45,297 nt of DNA from Candidatus Gottesmanbacteria bacterium RIFCSPHIGHO2_01_FULL_46_14 (lineage in GTDB: Bacteria > Patescibacteriota > Microgenomatia > UBA10105 > UBA927). This document shows, piece after piece, positions 41,651 through 45,297 of this stretch. The position numbers and the translations under genes were made by a program. Location of the stretch: the NCBI GenBank assembly GCA_001780895.1, contig MFJJ01000014.1:1-45297 (forward strand), given 5' to 3'. The notes beneath the pieces are model-generated. The model saw nothing but the letters and a program-made list of their open reading frames with translations. It was not told where the DNA came from and made no database searches. Every line of letters begins with the position of its first letter. Positions within the stretch are counted from its first letter, which is position 1.

Positions 41651-42740
41651 GATCAATATACTTAATTTTGATAATACTACTTCCGCCGCAAGGTTGACTC
41701 GATGAGTACAGTGTACCGTCGGCGGGCGCCCTGATGACACTACTGGTATTTGACGTCATGTCAAAACCGGTATGGATGCCCCCCGAGTACGCATAGAGCC
41801 AGGGGTAGAGAGTTTTGCCGAATCGCTGCGTTATCCGGATTGGGCCCTCTAGCGGCCAATCCCAGGAACCACTGCCGAATGTTGCGTCAGAATTGGTCTG
41901 TTCGTCGTAGACGGATTTTGATGAAAGGTAACTGCCTGGATCTACCCATGAATTATTTTTACGCACTTCAAAGTGAAGATGGGCGCCCGTGGAACAGCCG
42001 GGATAGCCCGTATTGCCAACCAACGCAATCGGATCGCCTTTCTTAACCGGACCGACTCGCACTGCATCAACAAGCGCCCGTTCAATAGCCTGCTTTTCAG
42101 CCAGAGCTCCCGCAAGCAGTCGCTGATAGACCGACTCATCGTTTCTTGTTTGCTCAAGTAACGTTTGCTTTTCCCGTTTCTGGCGTTCCAGTTCACGGCT
42201 CTGGATCTCCAGTTCTTTTTGGAGCGATTCCTGTTCCAGTCTCTTGTCCTCGCGGAGATTTTTACGCTCACTAAAGTTATTTTGCGTGGCTTTTAACTGA
42301 AACAGAAGTTGCGCATCCTGTTTTTGGACGACCTCGACGTATTTTATGCGAGAGAGAAAATCGGAAAAATTCTGGCTTAAAAATACCGCACCAAACTGTG
42401 AAATTACTTTCCGCTTATAGGATTCCGGAATGCGGTGGAGGACGAGTTCGGATCTGCGATTTAACAGATCTTCCAACCGTTCTATTTCGTCAGCAAGCTG
42501 AACGATTTCAGTAGAAAGTTTGGCAATTGCAGATTGGATACTGGTGATCCGGAGGGTTGTTAATTGGATCTGAGAATTAATGAGCGAAATCTGCTTGGCA
42601 AGGCTGTTCTCTGTATTTTGAAGCTCACTAATCTTATTTTTAAGGTCTTCAATCGTTCTGTTGATGTCACTATCGGCGGCATAAACCCGGGACACAAATA
42701 ATGTGAAAAGGACTATTCCGATAACAAGTAATCGCTTCAT
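41610..42740 (-). CDS. Coiled-coil + M23 (LytM) metallopeptidase, EnvC/PcsB-like FtsEX partner candidate (376 aa)
   Basis: Signal peptide/TM, then ~190 aa of heptad-like Q/E/L/K-rich sequence. M23 motifs follow in non-canonical order: GDPIALVGNTGYPGCSTGAHLHFEV (aa ~235-259) comes before GIHTGFDM (aa 321-328) and LSFYLHVQ (C-terminus). Confidence 0.8.
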   Translation of the reverse strand: MKRLLVIGIVLFTLFVSRVYAADSDINRTIEDLKNKISELQNTENSLAKQISLINSQIQLTTLRITSIQSAIAKLSTEIVQLADEIERLEDLLNRRSELVLHRIPESYKRKVISQFGAVFLSQNFSDFLSRIKYVEVVQKQDAQLLFQLKATQNNFSERKNLREDKRLEQESLQKELEIQSRELERQKREKQTLLEQTRNDESVYQRLLAGALAEKQAIERALVDAVRVGPVKKGDPIALVGNTGYPGCSTGAHLHFEVRKNNSWVDPGSYLSSKSVYDEQTNSDATFGSGSWDWPLEGPIRITQRFGKTLYPWLYAYSGGIHTGFDMTSNTSSVIRAPADGTLYSSSQPCGGSSIIKIKYIDHGDSTLSFYLHVQ

Positions 42741-42747
42741 GCATGGG

Positions 42748-43656
42748 TTAAAACTTGAGATACCTGCCTACCGATACGGCACTTCCGATAATGCCAAGAA
42801 GAAACCCCGTAATAACGAGTATACCAAAAAGCCCGGCACCTGCAGCCAAAAATGTCGTCGATGTGGGATTGGATAAAACGATTACAAATACCGGAATTGC
42901 TTCCAAAAATGACAGCAGGACCGGCCGGAACCAGACGATAAGTCCCATAAGTACCACCCAGGCTGACGTTGCTCCCCAAATACCATATAGTGCCCCTTCC
43001 CAGAGAAACGGCAGGCGAATATACCAACTCGAGGCACCCACAAGTTTTAATATTTCAATTTCGTCACGGCGAAGGGCAATTTTCATACCGATCACCGTCA
43101 TGACGATAAGCAGTGCATCGACAGCAAGTAACCCGGCCAGAACGCCGCCGACAATCTTAATTGCATTGGACCAGGAAATGAGCGCATCAACGACGTCTTT
43201 TTGATAGACGACTTCCTCGATAATGTCACTTTTTTCATCGTATGTTGCGATTGTTTGAGCCAAATCGTCCAGATATTCCGGACCCGTTGCGGAAACCTCG
43301 AGGGACGCCGGAAGAATATCGGATGTCACCATCTCAAGAAGAAGTGGGTCGCTTTGAAAAAGCGTCCGGTAGGTCACAAGCGCTTCTTCTTTGGTTACAT
43401 ATCGCACCGAAGCAGTTTTTCCCGTTGCCTGGAGCGTTGAGGTGAGGCTGGTTGCATCCTCTTTTGTGGCTTTGTCCCGAAAGAAAACGGTAATTTGGGG
43501 TTTGCCTTCAAAATACTGCAATATGACGGCACTCGTTACCGTCGTGAGAAAGAAAAAACCGGTAAGGAGAAACGTAAGAAACATCGCCAAAATTGCCGCC
43601 ATTGCCTGATAAGGCGACCGTCTCATGTGCTGCCAAGCAGTTTTTAGCATTCTCAT
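42748..43656 (-). CDS. ftsX: Cell-division ABC transporter permease-like protein FtsX (302 aa)
   Basis: TM1, then an extracytoplasmic domain of ~110 aa (YFEGKPQITVFFRDKATKEDA...), then 3 C-terminal TM segments. There is an ATGA overlap with ftsE. Confidence 0.85.
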   Translation of the reverse strand: MRMLKTAWQHMRRSPYQAMAAILAMFLTFLLTGFFFLTTVTSAVILQYFEGKPQITVFFRDKATKEDATSLTSTLQATGKTASVRYVTKEEALVTYRTLFQSDPLLLEMVTSDILPASLEVSATGPEYLDDLAQTIATYDEKSDIIEEVVYQKDVVDALISWSNAIKIVGGVLAGLLAVDALLIVMTVIGMKIALRRDEIEILKLVGASSWYIRLPFLWEGALYGIWGATSAWVVLMGLIVWFRPVLLSFLEAIPVFVIVLSNPTSTTFLAAGAGLFGILVITGFLLGIIGSAVSVGRYLKF

Positions 43657-44348
43657 GTTTTTTTCTTCGATACGTGATAGCGGCCTTTAACCTCATCGCT
43701 ATGAATGGTTCCGTCGTCAAGCGTGAGGGTCCGTTTCTTGCGTTCGTTGACAATCCCGGCGTTGTGCGTAGCCATAATGACCGTTGTCCCAATACTGTTA
43801 ACTTCTTCCAGAATATCAAGAATTTCACCGGCGGTATCCGGATCAAGATTGCCCGTTGGTTCATCGGCCAAGAGTATTTTTGGTCCTCCGACAATAGCCC
43901 GGGCGATACTGACCCGCTGCTGTTCACCGGCGGATAATTGGAGCGGAAATTGACGATATTTGTCTTCGAGATTCACTAGCGACAGAATTTTCATCACGTC
44001 TTTGGCAATTTCTCCTTCAGCTTTGCCCAATACTTCCAAACCTACGGCCACATTTTCATACACGGTTCGATCGGCAAGTAGCTTAAAATCCTGATAGACC
44101 GTGCGTACACGCCGACGAAGATGGTGGATTTGATTAGCCGGAATGGAAGCGATTTTCCACTCGTCGACGAGGAGCGTCCCGCTCGTGGGTACAATATCAC
44201 GCATGATGAGCCTGAGCATGGTAGTTTTACCGGCACCAGAGGGGCCAATGAGGTACACAAATTCACCGTCCGCAATCTCTACGGTAATATCAGAAAGCGC
44301 TCCCCGGTGACCCGGGTAGTGTTTGGAAACATGGTCAAAACGAATCAT
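43653..44348 (-). CDS. ftsE: Cell-division ABC transporter ATPase FtsE (231 aa)
   Basis: Walker A GPSGAGKTT, signature LSAGEQQRVSIARA, Walker B ILLADEPTGNLD. Confidence 0.9.
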   Translation of the reverse strand: MIRFDHVSKHYPGHRGALSDITVEIADGEFVYLIGPSGAGKTTMLRLIMRDIVPTSGTLLVDEWKIASIPANQIHHLRRRVRTVYQDFKLLADRTVYENVAVGLEVLGKAEGEIAKDVMKILSLVNLEDKYRQFPLQLSAGEQQRVSIARAIVGGPKILLADEPTGNLDPDTAGEILDILEEVNSIGTTVIMATHNAGIVNERKKRTLTLDDGTIHSDEVKGRYHVSKKKT

Positions 44349-44360
44349 TGCGGGTACTGT

Positions 44361-44804
44361 CTACGGAAGAACTTCAACTTTACCAACATCCATGAGCCAA
44401 GAAGCTTTTTCCGCTGCAAATGTTTCTCCCCATACTTTTACGTTCTTTCCGACGTATTCATCTAAATTGACCACCGAAGAAACGAGGTAGGCTGTCTGTG
44501 ATTCGCCGCCCTCCCGCACTAATTTATGTGTTCCCTCTCCGTCAATACCACCTTTTTCCAAGCGGCCCTGGGCAGAATCTTTGAATGTTTTTTCATCCGA
44601 AATACCTGCAACAGTTTCAGTTTTTATGACTCCTTTAGACTGCCCGACTGTTCCCGTCCCGACACCCGATCGGCTCAAAAGATATCCGGTCCCAACGCCT
44701 AAGAGCACAAGAATTCCAAATACTAAAACGAACACTTTTGAAGAATTTTTCGGCGTTGGTTCCTCGAGGGGCTCGAGGGGAGATTGAGATTCAACTTGGT
44801 CCAT
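44361..44804 (-). CDS. Hypothetical N-terminally anchored extracytoplasmic protein (147 aa)
   Basis: An acidic N-terminus, one TM (VFVLVFGILVLLGVGTGYLL), and a soluble C-terminal domain. I recognise no family. Confidence 0.5.
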   Translation of the reverse strand: MDQVESQSPLEPLEEPTPKNSSKVFVLVFGILVLLGVGTGYLLSRSGVGTGTVGQSKGVIKTETVAGISDEKTFKDSAQGRLEKGGIDGEGTHKLVREGGESQTAYLVSSVVNLDEYVGKNVKVWGETFAAEKASWLMDVGKVEVLP

Positions 44805-44812
44805 ATATACGC

Positions 44813-44841
44813 ATTATGGATACTTATGATATTTTTTTCAA
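44813..44841 (-). promoter_or_regulatory. Sigma70-like promoter candidate TTGAAA-17-CATAAT, ending 8 nt before ATG 44804
   Basis: Minus strand reads TTGAAA (44836-44841), a 17-nt spacer, CATAAT (44813-44818), GCGTATAT, then ATG. The -35 lies inside the prfB 3' end. Confidence 0.35.
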
Positions 44842-45297
44842 GTATGCGATAACGAAGTCTTCAATATCGCCATCAAGTACTCGATCGGTATTGCTTGTTT
44901 CGTATTGCGTACGCAAATCTTTGACCATGTGATACGGATGGAGGACGTAGGAACGGATCTGATTGCCCCACCCCGGTGTTTTGTATACCCCACGAAGTGA
45001 TTTTTCGGTTTCGGCGCGCTTGGCTTCTTCAAGTTCCCAAAGTTTGGCGCGAAGAATCTTTAACGCGTAGTCTCTATTTTGCCCTTGGTAGCGCTGTGCT
45101 TGACTCGTCACGATAATACCGGTGGGTGTATGTTTCAGGCGCACGGCAGTTGAAACTTTATTGACGTTCTGCCCGCCTTTGCCGCCACTTCGGTAAAAAT
45201 CCCATTCCAGATCTTCCTCTTTAAGATCGACCACAGCCCTATCCTCAATAACCGGATATACCTCAACCATCGCAAACGACGTCTGGCGGAGATTATC
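44824..45297 (-). CDS. prfB: Peptide chain release factor 2, C-terminal part (gene continues past the window end)
   Basis: The frame is open to nt 45297 (DNLRQTSFAMVEVYP...). Motifs: SGGKGGQNVNKVSTAVRL (GGQ), IRSYVLHPYHMVKDLRT and VLDGDIEDFVIAYL, an RF2-type C-terminus. Confidence 0.85.
   Translation of the reverse strand, partial: DNLRQTSFAMVEVYPVIEDRAVVDLKEEDLEWDFYRSGGKGGQNVNKVSTAVRLKHTPTGIIVTSQAQRYQGQNRDYALKILRAKLWELEEAKRAETEKSLRGVYKTPGWGNQIRSYVLHPYHMVKDLRTQYETSNTDRVLDGDIEDFVIAYLKKIS

Noticed and set aside
1-45297. CRISPR arrays, tRNA/rRNA genes, IS elements, integrases, toxin-antitoxin or defence systems
   Set aside because: No gap is long enough; the largest non-coding stretch is ~100 nt. 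There are no repeat-spacer patterns, and no transposase, integrase or nuclease-like ORFs on either strand. The excisionase-type HTH has no accompanying integrase.
1-45297. Alternative genetic code (UGA = Gly or Trp), as in some candidate phyla
   Set aside because: An RF2 gene is present at 44824-45297. Many proteins terminate at TGA exactly at the conserved family C-termini. Reading through the TGAs would fuse unrelated frames.
44824-45297. Programmed +1 frameshift site of prfB
   Set aside because: The frameshift site of RF2 genes lies near codon ~25. That is beyond the window end, so nothing can be said from this sequence.

Overview
This 45.3-kb window carries 47 supportable CDS, all on the minus strand. 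They are tightly packed: 16 junctions are 4-nt ATGA start/stop overlaps and one is GTGA. I saw no rRNA, tRNA, CRISPR array, transposase or integrase. The gene content and layout (mini-TsaB, YerC/TrpR-like regulator, sortase with an LPXTG-like substrate, many GT-C membrane glycosyltransferases, almost no intergenic DNA) look like a CPR/Patescibacteria-type (Microgenomates-like) genome; that taxonomic call is inference. The standard genetic code applies, because RF2 is present and TGA is used as a stop.

About 1-39 kb is one very large cell-envelope glycan/glycosylation supercluster. It holds 7 GT-C-fold membrane glycosyltransferase-like genes (YfhO-like, ArnT/PMT-like, GT87-like) and 3 free-standing polyprenyl-phosphate-sugar synthase-like GT2 genes, one of them fused to GtrA. 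It also holds 5 other GT2 genes, a Wzx-type flippase, a dTDP-rhamnose set (rmlACBD), ugd and a GMD/RMD-type SDR. A CDP-hexose cassette is present too (rfbF, SDR, C-methyltransferase, RmlC-type epimerase, SAF-domain oxidoreductase, 2 further methyltransferases). A sortase island sits in the middle (sortase, LATTG substrate, CAP-domain protein, secreted glycosidase-like protein).

The most unusual object is a single 1556-aa ORF (34309..38979). It fuses a Dpm1-like GT2, a processive cellulose/chitin-synthase-like GT2 (QRSRW motif), a 12-TM MOP/Wzx-like module and a GT4. It is translationally coupled (ATGA) to a 59-aa excisionase/MerR-type HTH ORF that the 60-aa ORF track missed.

The right flank has tsaB(mini)-tsaC-tsaE, VanZ, a Pro/Thr-rich surface protein and FtsE-FtsX. 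Next to FtsEX is a coiled-coil M23 peptidase whose catalytic domain looks circularly permuted. The window ends in the 3' part of prfB.

Non-coding signals are three copies of a perfect 22-bp palindrome at operon breaks, a 13-bp-stem hairpin over the rmlB stop codon, a 10-bp tandem repeat, and three sigma70-like promoter candidates. Two of those promoters would give leaderless or nearly leaderless mRNAs.
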